The position numbers and the translations under genes are program-made. From the sequence record PZ445450.1: a DNA stretch of 64,000 nt; one strand, 5' to 3'. This stretch comes from a phage. Below, piece by piece: positions 26,242 through 35,668 of this stretch; the first letter of the stretch is position 1, and the number at the start of each line of letters is the position of its first letter. The notes under the pieces were generated by a model. It searched no databases. It was given only the letters and a program-made list of their open reading frames with translations, and had not been told where the DNA came from.

Positions 26242-26493
26242 TTAACGTTCTACAAAAATACCATTCAGTTCAATAACCAGGAATTTCTGGTCTTCACTAT
26301 CGTCTCGTGCCAGTACCTCACAGACGTATCGGTCATCCCCATCATCATCGCAGTCAAATACAAGACTGAGGACTTTATCATGGTAAACCTTCGCCACTAC
26401 CGCCTCGTAAGTATTGCCGATTGTGAATCCAAGATAATCTCCGATGCATTTGACAACAACATGGTCTCCAGCATTTAAGTCAATCTTTGTCAT
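26242..26493 (-). CDS. hypothetical protein
   Basis: aaggagcgcag RBS before internal ATG of track ORF 26242..26559. Confidence 0.5.
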   Translation of the reverse strand: MTKIDLNAGDHVVVKCIGDYLGFTIGNTYEAVVAKVYHDKVLSLVFDCDDDGDDRYVCEVLARDDSEDQKFLVIELNGIFVER

Positions 26494-26648
26494 TACTGCG
26501 CTCCTTGGGTAATAATACTGTATGTAAAACTTTAACCAGAGATGTGAATAACGCCCCAAAACACACCGATAGCACTAAAACAGACAAGGCCATCATTAAA
26601 GCTTCAGTAAAATCAGTCACTCCTCACCTCTTGTTAGTCACTATACTG

Positions 26649-26912
26649 TCATTTATCCTTGCCGTCAAGAACTTTTTTAAATCTTTCAGGGATATCTCCT
26701 GTTCTTAGATAGTTCATGACCTCGCAAGGTTCCCACTTGAATTTCTTACAGAGCAGGACGGCTGAGATTGTTTCATTGCGAAAAGAAAGGATATTAATAT
26801 CCCACTCTGAGAACCCCAACTTCCGAAGGGTAGCTATAGAAATCCTCACCGCAACCCAGCAGCAAAAACATGCAACAAACGCCACTGCTACAACCCACAT
26901 CAGGATGTTCAT
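26649..26912 (-). CDS. hypothetical membrane protein
   Basis: N-terminal helix ILMWVVAVAFVACFCCWVAV. Confidence 0.45.
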   Translation of the reverse strand: MNILMWVVAVAFVACFCCWVAVRISIATLRKLGFSEWDINILSFRNETISAVLLCKKFKWEPCEVMNYLRTGDIPERFKKVLDGKDK

Positions 26913-27001
26913 ACAAGCACCTTACTGAAATACAAGACACAGTGTTAAGGTTACTGACCAGCAAATAATTAACAGAACTGTTGCAACCTTGGCAAGATTT
27001 A

Positions 27002-27289
27002 TCATAGTGCCTCTAAGATTTCATATCCATCTGGTCGGAATACAAGCCACTCCGTGGCTCCGTTTGGTCGATACGCTTTATACAGAACAACCTGATCTCG
27101 GCACATGCACATAGCTACATAGTTTTCATCCACACCTGCAGCCTGCATTGCAGCTTCTTCTCCGGCAACTGCTTTGCTTACAACCTCCTTGGTAGGCAGG
27201 TGTGCGATCAGTTCGTCACCATCATTAACTCCAAAATGGCTGAGCTCCCCATTGGTATCTTTAATCTTAATCTTAACCAGATCTTTCAT
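27002..27289 (-). CDS. small acidic protein, possible member of the MK(I/V)K...EVVEE family
   Basis: Starts MKDLVKIKIK; acidic; contiguous with family members. Confidence 0.45.
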   Translation of the reverse strand: MKDLVKIKIKDTNGELSHFGVNDGDELIAHLPTKEVVSKAVAGEEAAMQAAGVDENYVAMCMCRDQVVLYKAYRPNGATEWLVFRPDGYEILEAL

Positions 27290-27618
27290 TAGTCTTCCTC
27301 CAGGTTCAAAGGCCCTAAGATTTCATATGCCAGATTAGAAGTTACCAGAGGGTCTTCTGCATCTTTAGTATTATACCACCCGTGAATAACCAGAGTCCCA
27401 CTCTGTTTCATATCCAACTGGAACTGTTCTGCAGTTTCCTCCTCCATCTCTAAGATTTCCATAAGGTATTTGATGTTAGGAAGGTATGCAGCTGTTACAG
27501 TCCCCTCTACCAGACCTTCAGGCCAACCTACATCTGGATGACAAGTAGGAACCAGGTTGGTCAGCTTAATGGTGTACGCTTTTTCTGCACGAGCCTTCAG
27601 TAACGGGTCAATCTTCAT
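27289..27618 (-). CDS. hypothetical acidic protein
   Basis: 109-aa ORF; starts 1 nt after the upstream stop. Confidence 0.5.
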   Translation of the reverse strand: MKIDPLLKARAEKAYTIKLTNLVPTCHPDVGWPEGLVEGTVTAAYLPNIKYLMEILEMEEETAEQFQLDMKQSGTLVIHGWYNTKDAEDPLVTSNLAYEILGPLNLEED

Positions 27619-27968
27619 TATTCGTCCTCCTCTTCGGTGCCTGCTTCCAGTAATAAGTTAAGAATATCTTCTGCACAAGGCTCATAGAACTCTTGGCCTT
27701 CATTATCGATGATTTTGTAGTCATCTCCACGAATAATCAGGGGATCACTCTCAAAATTATCGAGACCTTTAACAACGACAACACGATCGATTGCCATCAT
27801 TGTAAGAACTTTATCGACATCTTCCTCTGCTACACCATACTGCAGCAGAATGTCCTTGGTAGGAGGAACAGCATCCACCACAACACCGTTACCAAAACCT
27901 TCCGGCAAGTTAGCTAAAATATCTTCCGGAACCACATTAGTATCAAAACCGGTAATTTCTACTTTCAT
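27618..27968 (-). CDS. small acidic protein, family member
   Basis: Starts MKVEITG; acidic C-terminus EAGTEEEDE. Confidence 0.5.
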   Translation of the reverse strand: MKVEITGFDTNVVPEDILANLPEGFGNGVVVDAVPPTKDILLQYGVAEEDVDKVLTMMAIDRVVVVKGLDNFESDPLIIRGDDYKIIDNEGQEFYEPCAEDILNLLLEAGTEEEDE

Positions 27969-28229
27969 TTACAGCACCTCTTCGTCAACTACTTCATAAA
28001 AATGGCCTGGGATTGCAATAGCGTTCTCACCTTCACCTACAAACACAGTTCCATCAAGAATCAACATCATAAGAATTTCTGTAATATCCTCTTCCGGAAC
28101 GTTGCCAAAACCTTTAATCAGCTCGTAGGTTGGGAGATTTACCTCTAAGATGTCACCATCTTTAGAACGGAAATCAACACCGTCCTGAATCTCTGCCGTT
28201 TCAAGGTTTTTCAATTTAATCTTCATCAA
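27969..28229 (-). CDS. small acidic protein, family member
   Basis: MMKIKLKNLE ... FYEVVDEEVL. Confidence 0.55.
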   Translation of the reverse strand: MMKIKLKNLETAEIQDGVDFRSKDGDILEVNLPTYELIKGFGNVPEEDITEILMMLILDGTVFVGEGENAIAIPGHFYEVVDEEVL

Positions 28230-28305
28230 TCAGTCTCCTGTCTTGTTAAGATGAAGGTATTATTTCACACAGGGTTGGCGTTGTCAACACCTGTGTGCAA
28301 GAAAA

Positions 28306-28701
28306 TTACTGAAACAGTGTGAATAAATTACCTTCCGGTGGGAACTTATCTGCCAAAAACGGTGTTAGCACAGTAGCCTTCTGAAGATCTGGGGTCCACT
28401 CGTTGTTCAGAACATCCCAATAGTACGCAATGTTGCTGTGTGGGTGCCGCATTACGAACTTTTTCCCTTCGTAGTCAGTTGAAACCTCTACAGAAGAAAT
28501 AACAACAGAATCTTCAAGAGTTTCTTCATAGAAAGATCCGCCCTCGAATTTCCAACGAGATGCAAGAGCTCCTGCCTTAAACGCTGCAGATAACGGACTG
28601 TCTGCAAGAACATACATTTCTTGCACTCTGTCACTGCGATCTTTGCTTCTTACGTTGTATACAGTGTCTGAGCTATACTCAACACGGTATAGACTTACCA
28701 T
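28306..28701 (-). CDS. hypothetical protein
   Basis: 131-aa ORF. Confidence 0.5.
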   Translation of the reverse strand: MVSLYRVEYSSDTVYNVRSKDRSDRVQEMYVLADSPLSAAFKAGALASRWKFEGGSFYEETLEDSVVISSVEVSTDYEGKKFVMRHPHSNIAYYWDVLNNEWTPDLQKATVLTPFLADKFPPEGNLFTLFQ

Positions 28702-29033
28702 TACCGAACCTCCTCAATAACTTCCACATCTGAACCTACTATAAATGCAAAAGGACAGGTTTCAGGAAAGACATCCGGATCGCCGCCAAGCTTGCTAACA
28801 ATTTCTCCACCACTAATAAACACAAGCTCACCGATATTCATCAGGTTGCTGAAATAGTACCCATAATGATTAAAGAATGCAGCAGGGTCAGGTAGACTAG
28901 TGGCCTCAAGCTCTACATCGGTTGAGGTTACTTTCTTATCATAACCTCTCGCCTTTTGAGATGCAAGATCTGCAGAATCCTCAGGCGACCGGAGATGCAC
29001 AGGAATTGTTTCACCAATAAAACGTACTTTCAT
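28701..29033 (-). CDS. small acidic protein, family member
   Basis: Internal ATG (MKVRFIG) chosen; track start is TTG inside the upstream gene; ends DVEVIEEVR. Confidence 0.45.
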   Translation of the reverse strand: MKVRFIGETIPVHLRSPEDSADLASQKARGYDKKVTSTDVELEATSLPDPAAFFNHYGYYFSNLMNIGELVFISGGEIVSKLGGDPDVFPETCPFAFIVGSDVEVIEEVR

Positions 29034-29037
29034 ATTA

Positions 29038-29301
29038 TCACCCAACAACCATAGCTTCAAAAGGAGTCATGAACGAATAAACGGCATCATCATCTGCTTC
29101 AGGGAATGCTCCCAATGACTTCAGGTCTAAGCCCTTGACAAATACAAGGTTTTGATCAAAAGCTTCTTGCGGATCAATCCGATACATATCCCGTAGGATA
29201 TCGCTTACCTCCTCATCAAGAGGTGAGTATGCTGTGCACGTTTTTCCGATCAAGCTTTGAGAATCAGGGTATCCACCTGAAGTTTTAAAATAAACAATCA
29301 T
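29038..29301 (-). CDS. small acidic protein, family member
   Basis: LVFVKGLDLKSLGAFPE core shared with paralogues. Confidence 0.5.
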   Translation of the reverse strand: MIVYFKTSGGYPDSQSLIGKTCTAYSPLDEEVSDILRDMYRIDPQEAFDQNLVFVKGLDLKSLGAFPEADDDAVYSFMTPFEAMVVG

Positions 29302-29394
29302 ATAGTATCACCTCTGGCAAGAATGGGGATTCCTTTCCCACAAGTAATTACAAACTTTTCTTCTTATTGAGGCAGTATGCTAATCCAAGCAGGA

Positions 29395-29664
29395 TTATTC
29401 CTCTACAACCTCATACACATCAGGAGTTACAATCAACTCTTCTCCGTTACCCGGTGCAACAAACACCACCAAACCTTCAGGTGTGTGCTTTTTAGCCATC
29501 TCGATAACATCTTCTCGCAGAGCTGGCTCCATCAGATCAAAACCTTCACCCAGGGCATCACGAACCACCTTCATGTAGTCTACTGGTTGTGCTTCAACGA
29601 TCATGCCTTCAACCAGTCCACAGTTTTTGTCTGCCAGCTCAGTTTTGAATAATTTAATTTTCAT
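29395..29664 (-). CDS. small acidic protein, family member
   Basis: MKIKLFKTEL ... DVYEVVEE. Confidence 0.55.
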   Translation of the reverse strand: MKIKLFKTELADKNCGLVEGMIVEAQPVDYMKVVRDALGEGFDLMEPALREDVIEMAKKHTPEGLVVFVAPGNGEELIVTPDVYEVVEE

Positions 29665-29801
29665 TTAGAGGTCTCCTCAATTATTTGATATTAATAGCCG
29701 TAACCTAACACATTAACTACAACTGCGATTGCAAACATAATTTCAAAGCATGCAATCTCTACATTTGGGACTAGTTTCTTAATCACGCCCATTGTAGCAC
29801 C

Positions 29802-30119
29802 TCATTCTCCAAAGTCAATCTTTACTTTGCCTTTCCCCTTACCTTTCTTTCCACCACATTTAGCCAACTGACGTGCTGCAACATCTACCATACGGTCAGT
29901 TGCCTCGTAAGCATCACTGCCTTTAGCTTTGGCAATAACTTCTTTTCCGGAAGTGTCAAAAATGAACGCCATAACTTCCTGGTGATCATTTTCAACTTTT
30001 ACACTCACACGTGCATAGTTGGCAGAGGGGTGCAAACGCTCCAGCTTAGACATTTTGTGGGAAATGAAAGACACCATACCTTCAGTGATTTCTACGTTGC
30101 CAGTGATTTCAATTTGCAT
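29802..30119 (-). CDS. hpf: ribosome hibernation promoting factor / RaiA (YfiA) family homologue
   Basis: MQIEITGNVEITEGM...KLE...VKVE...AKAKGSDAYEATDRMVDVAARQLAK parallels E. coli HPF MQLNITGNNVEITEAL...KLE...LKVE...ASAEGQDMYAAIDGLIDKLARQLTK; Lys/Gly-rich tail. Confidence 0.75.
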   Translation of the reverse strand: MQIEITGNVEITEGMVSFISHKMSKLERLHPSANYARVSVKVENDHQEVMAFIFDTSGKEVIAKAKGSDAYEATDRMVDVAARQLAKCGGKKGKGKGKVKIDFGE

Positions 30120-30201
30120 AACGTGTTCCTTTTAAAGAAGAGGGAACCAAACCCTCTTTGAAAACAATGATACTAAATCTGAAGCGTTGTGTCAACAGTT
30201 T

Positions 30202-30492
30202 TTACAGCTTGTTGTCGATAGTTTTTAAAATATCTACAGCAAGATCTGCCATTTTTCGAACATACTCTGCAAACTCAACAGGATCCTTGATCAAAGAATT
30301 CACAGGGTCGTACCCTAGAGCGTTCAAAATGGCTGCAGCATCTACAACCTTCTCATCATTTGCGAAGATCTCTCCGTCAAACTTGTAGGTCCATTTTGAG
30401 TCAACCTTAGCAGAGCAGGGTTTGTCCATGCTTGTTACACCATCGTCTTTAAACTCTCCTGCGTTATCCATATTCAGAACTAAATCCATCAT
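30202..30492 (-). CDS. hypothetical acidic protein
   Basis: 96-aa ORF. Confidence 0.5.
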   Translation of the reverse strand: MMDLVLNMDNAGEFKDDGVTSMDKPCSAKVDSKWTYKFDGEIFANDEKVVDAAAILNALGYDPVNSLIKDPVEFAEYVRKMADLAVDILKTIDNKL

Positions 30493-30509
30493 AGTGGCAC
30501 CTCACTGTT

Positions 30510-30986
30510 TCAGTTTAGCTTTTCTTCAACAACCCCATAGCTTGGGACAGAGTCAAGAGCTTTCTGGTTTAAAAGTGGTGTAGCAGGATCTGCAATGACA
30601 TCCCAAGTCTCATACAGACCGCACTCATGATACCCCCAACGCTGCTCAATTGTCAAGCTGAGTGGCAAATCTTTACCGTCACAAACAACCTTCCATCTAC
30701 AAATGCTGGTATCTGGGCGTATCTGTGCACGGTATATCTGTACAAAATCCAATTTGAATTTGAGGTACTCGTCATACAATTTAAGCACAAAGCTCTCGAT
30801 TTGTGGAGACACTTTTGCAGCAAACTGTGCGTATTTGTACTTGCACTGGATGATCTTTCTGCGTTTTGCAGTTAAATTTTTTGCCGCCAGTTGTTCTTCA
30901 GTGTATCTCCACCTACGATCAACAAACGCAACAGGGTCTTTGTCCCCATAGAGGTCTTCCCAGTTAATCAGAAGCATACCTGTCAC
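30510..30986 (-). CDS. hypothetical protein
   Basis: 158-aa ORF. Confidence 0.5.
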   Translation of the reverse strand: MTGMLLINWEDLYGDKDPVAFVDRRWRYTEEQLAAKNLTAKRRKIIQCKYKYAQFAAKVSPQIESFVLKLYDEYLKFKLDFVQIYRAQIRPDTSICRWKVVCDGKDLPLSLTIEQRWGYHECGLYETWDVIADPATPLLNQKALDSVPSYGVVEEKLN

Positions 30987-31216
30987 TCCTCCACAACTTC
31001 AAGGCCTTTACCGCCTCGCTCTGGCAGATTACTTAAAGATAGGTAATACATATAATCAGGAGAGATCCTGCCAGACTCTGCACCTGCAGCTAGTAAATCC
31101 TTCCCTTTAACCAGGACAACATTCTCGTTTGCAGATAGCCGTTTTGCTTCCACAATTTTACCAACACAGTCAACCAAGGAAGGGTACCCTAAATCTGTAA
31201 GAAATTTAACTTTCAT
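30983..31216 (-). CDS. small acidic protein, family member
   Basis: MKVKFLTDLGYPSLVD ... GLEVVEE. Confidence 0.55.
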   Translation of the reverse strand: MKVKFLTDLGYPSLVDCVGKIVEAKRLSANENVVLVKGKDLLAAGAESGRISPDYMYYLSLSNLPERGGKGLEVVEE

Positions 31217-31255
31217 GCTACCTCCTGCTTCTACCGTCCCTGGTAAGATAAATTA

Positions 31256-31657
31256 TTACTGAACAGAGCGCGGGGCTGGGAAGGATAACTCTTCTAAAGA
31301 GAAGATTTCATTTCCTACCACCCAAGTTGCTGGATCATCTGGGTCAACAGGCTGGATAATCATTACCTCATCCGCCTCGCACACACGTTTCCCACCTATA
31401 GTAGCGGAGTCAGCCACTAGCATACGAGGCTCTTCAGAAATGCACAGGTAACCTCCTCGGCCCACTGTTCCTTCCACAGGATCCTGCCCTTTGACCACAA
31501 TGAATACCTTCTCTCCTGTGGCGATATTACTTTGCACACTAACAGTTTGACCAACTTTAGATGTACCGATCTTAGTGGCTTCAAACATTAAATCCCGAAT
31601 TACTGTTGCATAGTTGCCGGACACTTTCTTACCTTCTTTAGTAATCTCAATCTTCAT
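31256..31657 (-). CDS. hypothetical protein, possibly a distant family member
   Basis: Starts MKIEITKEG, same N-terminal pattern. Confidence 0.45.
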   Translation of the reverse strand: MKIEITKEGKKVSGNYATVIRDLMFEATKIGTSKVGQTVSVQSNIATGEKVFIVVKGQDPVEGTVGRGGYLCISEEPRMLVADSATIGGKRVCEADEVMIIQPVDPDDPATWVVGNEIFSLEELSFPAPRSVQ

Positions 31658-31929
31658 AATCTAGGCTCCTTAAATGAATCTATGTAATCAATTAAATCCC
31701 AAACATCGCGATGGGCTGTCAGAGGGTATACTTCTCCGAGAGGGATCATAGCAATAAGTCTATCAAAAACCCAGTCTGGACGCAACATTTTATGGTGATA
31801 TTCCCACTCACCTTCCACAGATTTTTTCTGAGTGATCAGGATCTCTGTGTAGTGTTTCGCCTGTCTTGAGTAGATTGAAAATGACTTGTACATAAATGAC
31901 CCCCTCTTGTTGAAAACAACAATACACAA
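31654..31929 (-). CDS. hypothetical protein
   Basis: 91-aa ORF; overlaps neighbour by 4 nt. Confidence 0.45.
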   Translation of the reverse strand: MCIVVFNKRGSFMYKSFSIYSRQAKHYTEILITQKKSVEGEWEYHHKMLRPDWVFDRLIAMIPLGEVYPLTAHRDVWDLIDYIDSFKEPRL

Positions 31930-32244
31930 CTACCAGGTTACTGTCAAGTAGGCAACCGTATTATTTTTCTCTGGGGAGATGCCAACAACATCTACCTGCA
32001 GACCTCCTGCCCTTAAATCTCCAACAATGTGCGGGAAGTAATCTGAGAGATGCGAGGGTAGATTTATCGAAAATCCGCACCCCAGAAAGCCTGCTAACGC
32101 TTTATTTTGTATCTCTCCTACAATCGCATCATAAATGGAGTTAAGCTCGTCAGGAAGCGTTACAGGACGTTTTAGCGCTAACTGGTGTAATTTGTCCTTA
32201 GCACTCATTTTCATTTCAGGTCTACCTCTGGGGGTGCCAACCAC
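31930..32244 (-). CDS. hypothetical protein
   Basis: 104-aa ORF. Confidence 0.45.
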   Translation of the reverse strand: MVGTPRGRPEMKMSAKDKLHQLALKRPVTLPDELNSIYDAIVGEIQNKALAGFLGCGFSINLPSHLSDYFPHIVGDLRAGGLQVDVVGISPEKNNTVAYLTVTW

Positions 32245-32744
32245 ATAAACGGCGGCAAGTCTAAACGGTTTTTCTTATCCCACACAAAATATGCATATGC
32301 TTGCCCGTCAGTTCTGCCGTTTGATTGAAATGATGGACGCTTAGATATTGTGATCACAGTAGTAGGTGCATTATCAAGCCACCATTCAAATCTGGCTTTG
32401 CTTTCCAGAAAATTAAGACGCAAAAGCATAATAACTACGTCAGCATCTTTCAACGCCTTGTCTACAAACTCACGAGCCAGGCTGTATGGTGGGTTGGTGA
32501 TAATACAGTCAACATGGTTGTATTCTGTATTCAGATAGTCAACACCTTCTTGGATTTCTCCCCATGCAGATCCTAACGGCATACGGGAGTAGAACACACC
32601 TGAGGCACTATTCCTGCAAGGCTCTAAGTAGGTCCAGTCTTCTGGGAACGGAATAAGGTCATACAGCCCTTCTGCACACCACTCCGGTGTCACATACTCA
32701 TCGTAGGCGTTACGTTGTTCATCAGGTTTTCGAGCACAAGTCAT
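32211..32744 (-). CDS. DNA methyltransferase (amino-methyltransferase, NPPY motif)
   Basis: VDCIITNPPYSLAREF catalytic motif; Dam-like size. Confidence 0.7.
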   Translation of the reverse strand: MTCARKPDEQRNAYDEYVTPEWCAEGLYDLIPFPEDWTYLEPCRNSASGVFYSRMPLGSAWGEIQEGVDYLNTEYNHVDCIITNPPYSLAREFVDKALKDADVVIMLLRLNFLESKARFEWWLDNAPTTVITISKRPSFQSNGRTDGQAYAYFVWDKKNRLDLPPFMWLAPPEVDLK

Positions 32745-32795
32745 GCAAATCTCCAGATCATAAAAGCCCTCCGAAGAGGGCTTTAGAATTAATGT

Positions 32796-33845
32796 TTAAG
32801 CTTCTTCGATAATTCCTGCACCCAGGATTTTTTCATTGAGCTCTTTTGCTGTTTTAATAATATTGTCCACCAGACGCTTGCGAGTCTTATCTTTTACCTT
32901 AACCTCTTCACCGCCGTTCAGGGTTGTCTTCAATTGGGACAGAATGTCTTGAAGTTCAACGACAGAGAATCGCTGCAGATCTTCTGAGGTAATCTCGCCT
33001 AAGGCAATCTTAACGGTCTCACCACTTTCCATCTGCAGGTTCAGGAACACAGTGTGAACATCACCTTTCGAACCACCCGCTTTTGCAGATTCAACAGCAT
33101 GAACTAGCTCATCTAAAGAGGTGCACTGGTGAATCTCCGGAAGACCTGCTTCACCTAGCACACCTTCTTCATCACCTTTTGCCAAAAGCTTTTTAGGTTT
33201 TTGTCCGTTCTGGATGCGTTGTATGTTGCCTTCATCCAGAATAATAGCTCCAGTACGTGCTGCCAGCTCTTCTCCGTCCAACCACACTTCGCCACCAGCT
33301 GTGATGGATGCGATCTCATCTTCTGTCAGCACTCCACCGTAGTATTTTTCAATCAGGCGTTCAAAACGTTTTTTCCAGTAGCTGACCTGAGTATTCATGT
33401 TCACACCGTTACCATAAGTGCCACCTTGATAGTAGTGGAACATAAATTCTGTGTCCGGAGCCACAGTGCGTTCTTTGCAACCCAGCCATAAGATTGTTCC
33501 CGCAGAGCAGCACATCCCTTCAGCATGTGCAACAACGCTTGCCTGAGACTCGCGGAATGCCTGTAGATAAGCCATTGCAATGTGCACGCAACCCCCAGGG
33601 CTATTGATGATCACCCGAATGCTTTCTTCCGGCTGAGCCATACGGATCGTCTGCAGACGAGACATATGATCCTGCAGGTCTTCCAAATCGTCGATATAAA
33701 GAACGTGGTCAACAACAGGTGTTGGGTAGCTGTATGTTTCCATGATACCGCCCGGCATACCAAACATTTTATTACTCATAGGTTCGAAACCGTTCTGTTT
33801 TTCTTTCATGCCGTGTACCATGGTGCTGCGAGGTGTTAAATTCAT
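32796..33845 (-). CDS. ClpP/S14-like serine peptidase with C-terminal extension
   Basis: INSPGGCVHIAMAYL and GMCCSAGTILWLG resemble the ClpP oxyanion and active-site Ser regions. Confidence 0.6.
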   Translation of the reverse strand: MNLTPRSTMVHGMKEKQNGFEPMSNKMFGMPGGIMETYSYPTPVVDHVLYIDDLEDLQDHMSRLQTIRMAQPEESIRVIINSPGGCVHIAMAYLQAFRESQASVVAHAEGMCCSAGTILWLGCKERTVAPDTEFMFHYYQGGTYGNGVNMNTQVSYWKKRFERLIEKYYGGVLTEDEIASITAGGEVWLDGEELAARTGAIILDEGNIQRIQNGQKPKKLLAKGDEEGVLGEAGLPEIHQCTSLDELVHAVESAKAGGSKGDVHTVFLNLQMESGETVKIALGEITSEDLQRFSVVELQDILSQLKTTLNGGEEVKVKDKTRKRLVDNIIKTAKELNEKILGAGIIEEA

Positions 33846-33905
33846 GAGAAATCCTTAATATTGGAAGTTGAAAGCTATTTATTTAAACCTGATTCACATT
33901 TACCT

Positions 33906-34340
33906 TTATTTAGCAATCACTATAGAATACTTACGATTGTCAGAAGCATCACAACTCAATGATTGCCAGTCTACCACATACCACGTATCATTGTCAACAA
34001 TTACTTTATCGCCTGTTCTGTAGCAAGTGCTGCTTTCAATAATGCGAGACTCGATAAAGAATCTGTGTCGGCGCTCACGTAGCAACGCTAAGTTGATTAT
34101 ATTACCACCGCTGTCCTTGGTCCACACATTCTTGGATCCTTTATTTGCCAAAATTGTCTCGCCGTTATAGACAAACAGGCAGTATATTTTATTCAGTTTC
34201 TCTTGTATTGTAGCCATACTGTCCTTCTCCTTGTTTTGTCCGATAATAATATCTAAAGCTTGCCTATTTGTCAACAACTGTTTTAGATATTTAAGGGTGG
34301 AATAACCACCCTTCTGTATTACTCGGAAACAGGGGTCCAA
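33906..34340 (-). CDS. hypothetical protein
   Basis: 144-aa ORF. Confidence 0.45.
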   Translation of the reverse strand: MDPCFRVIQKGGYSTLKYLKQLLTNRQALDIIIGQNKEKDSMATIQEKLNKIYCLFVYNGETILANKGSKNVWTKDSGGNIINLALLRERRHRFFIESRIIESSTCYRTGDKVIVDNDTWYVVDWQSLSCDASDNRKYSIVIAK

Positions 34341-35107
34341 ATATGATTTGCACGATCCTCGATAAGATTGAGTGCGATCTGACGACCCAACCCGGAACGA
34401 ACGACATCGTCTGGACTATCAAAGCTGATCATTCCAACCTCAGGATCTGGATGGCGAGTAAAGAAATCCGTCACCCATGCAAGGCCAGATTTGCCAGGGA
34501 TGTCACGTTGGCTATTATCACCCATAATTACAAGAGTGGCCTGATCAGAGATCCTTGTGATAATTGACAACATTTCTTCAGGGTTAGTTTGCTGTGCCTC
34601 GTCAATCAGAACAAAGCATCGCTCATCGAAACTACGACCACGAATGCTTTCAACTTCACAAATCTCGATACGACTGTTCTGACCGTCTCCCAGCATTGCG
34701 GCAAAAGCACCTTTGCCAACACGACGACAAATCGTGTCCATCATGCTTCGAAGATAGGGCCACAGTTTCTGCATTGCATTCCCTGGTTTAAATCCTGAAG
34801 TTTTTCCTGTCTGGACGTAAGGACGTGCAACAATAATCTTATCAATCTCGTTCTTACGCAGAAGATCACCTGCATATGCAGATGCCATGAATGTCTTACC
34901 GGATCCAAACACACCGTTTACAATAATAATCTTACGTGACCCTAGATAATCAAGATACTTTTGCTGCTTCTTATTCATTGGTCGGAGAGCTGGAGCGGTG
35001 TGCTCTCTTTCGTCAGCAAATTTCTCAGCAGCCTTACGCAGGCGATCAGATTTGCGAGCCTCTCTAGCTTCATCACGCATGCGTTTTGTTTCTTTAGCTC
35101 GACCCAT
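34319..35107 (-). CDS. phoH: PhoH-like ATPase
   Basis: Walker A GVFGSGKTFMA; PhoH-like length and layout. Confidence 0.75.
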   Translation of the reverse strand: MGRAKETKRMRDEAREARKSDRLRKAAEKFADEREHTAPALRPMNKKQQKYLDYLGSRKIIIVNGVFGSGKTFMASAYAGDLLRKNEIDKIIVARPYVQTGKTSGFKPGNAMQKLWPYLRSMMDTICRRVGKGAFAAMLGDGQNSRIEICEVESIRGRSFDERCFVLIDEAQQTNPEEMLSIITRISDQATLVIMGDNSQRDIPGKSGLAWVTDFFTRHPDPEVGMISFDSPDDVVRSGLGRQIALNLIEDRANHIWTPVSE

Positions 35108-35145
35108 GTTGGGACTCCTTTCAGATTGAGATGTGCCAAGTACTT

Positions 35146-35496
35146 TTACTGCAACAGTTTTTCAATAGCCGCTTCCATGCTGCTTGCAACAGCCTGAACT
35201 CGGATATTCATCTCTTCTTGGTGGATCAGCTCCTTAAGCTCTTTAATGGTAAATTCTTTAGAGAAACCTTCCACCATAATCTTGTGCAAGGCTTCTTGCG
35301 TGTCTACTTGCAAGAACTTTTCCAGTTTGTTGGCAGAGGCTTCTAAATCAGCCCGAATACGAGGGTCATCTGTGCGATTCAGCATTAGGCGTAAGCCATC
35401 AAGATTAGTAGAAATAGCATCTGCATGTTGAGTAACTAACCGTGGCAAAATGAGATCTACAAACTTATTAGCCAAATCGATACGTTCTTGTGTCAC
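35146..35496 (-). CDS. hypothetical protein (GTG start)
   Basis: 116-aa ORF; GTG start overlaps stop of upstream small ORF. Confidence 0.45.
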   Translation of the reverse strand: MTQERIDLANKFVDLILPRLVTQHADAISTNLDGLRLMLNRTDDPRIRADLEASANKLEKFLQVDTQEALHKIMVEGFSKEFTIKELKELIHQEEMNIRVQAVASSMEAAIEKLLQ

Positions 35497-35606
35497 TGTT
35501 GCACCCCCTCTTCATCTTCATGATGTTTCTTTTCACGCTTGTGTTTTTTCTTAAGCTCAAGCGCAATCTCTTTCTTGTACGCCTTCTTCAAGGCTTTTTT
35601 AGCCAT
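35493..35606 (-). CDS. small highly basic protein (37 aa)
   Basis: Strong RBS cagaggaggtg; MAKKALKKAYKKEIALELKKKHKREKKHH; not in ORF track. Confidence 0.4.
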   Translation of the reverse strand: MAKKALKKAYKKEIALELKKKHKREKKHHEDEEGVQQ

Positions 35607-35668
35607 TTGGCACCTCCTCTGCTTTCATTACGACAATTATAACCAACTTAACAAAGATTTGTCAACAA

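Noticed and set aside
33201-33839. Plus-strand track ORFs antisense to the ClpP-like peptidase gene
   Set aside because: Embedded antisense to a gene with clear peptidase motifs, with no translation signals.
32796-33845. Prohead (capsid maturation) protease call for the ClpP-like gene
   Set aside because: No capsid or scaffold genes are nearby and the gene sits with phoH and metabolic genes, so a host-directed or regulatory protease is as likely; kept as a generic ClpP/S14-like peptidase.
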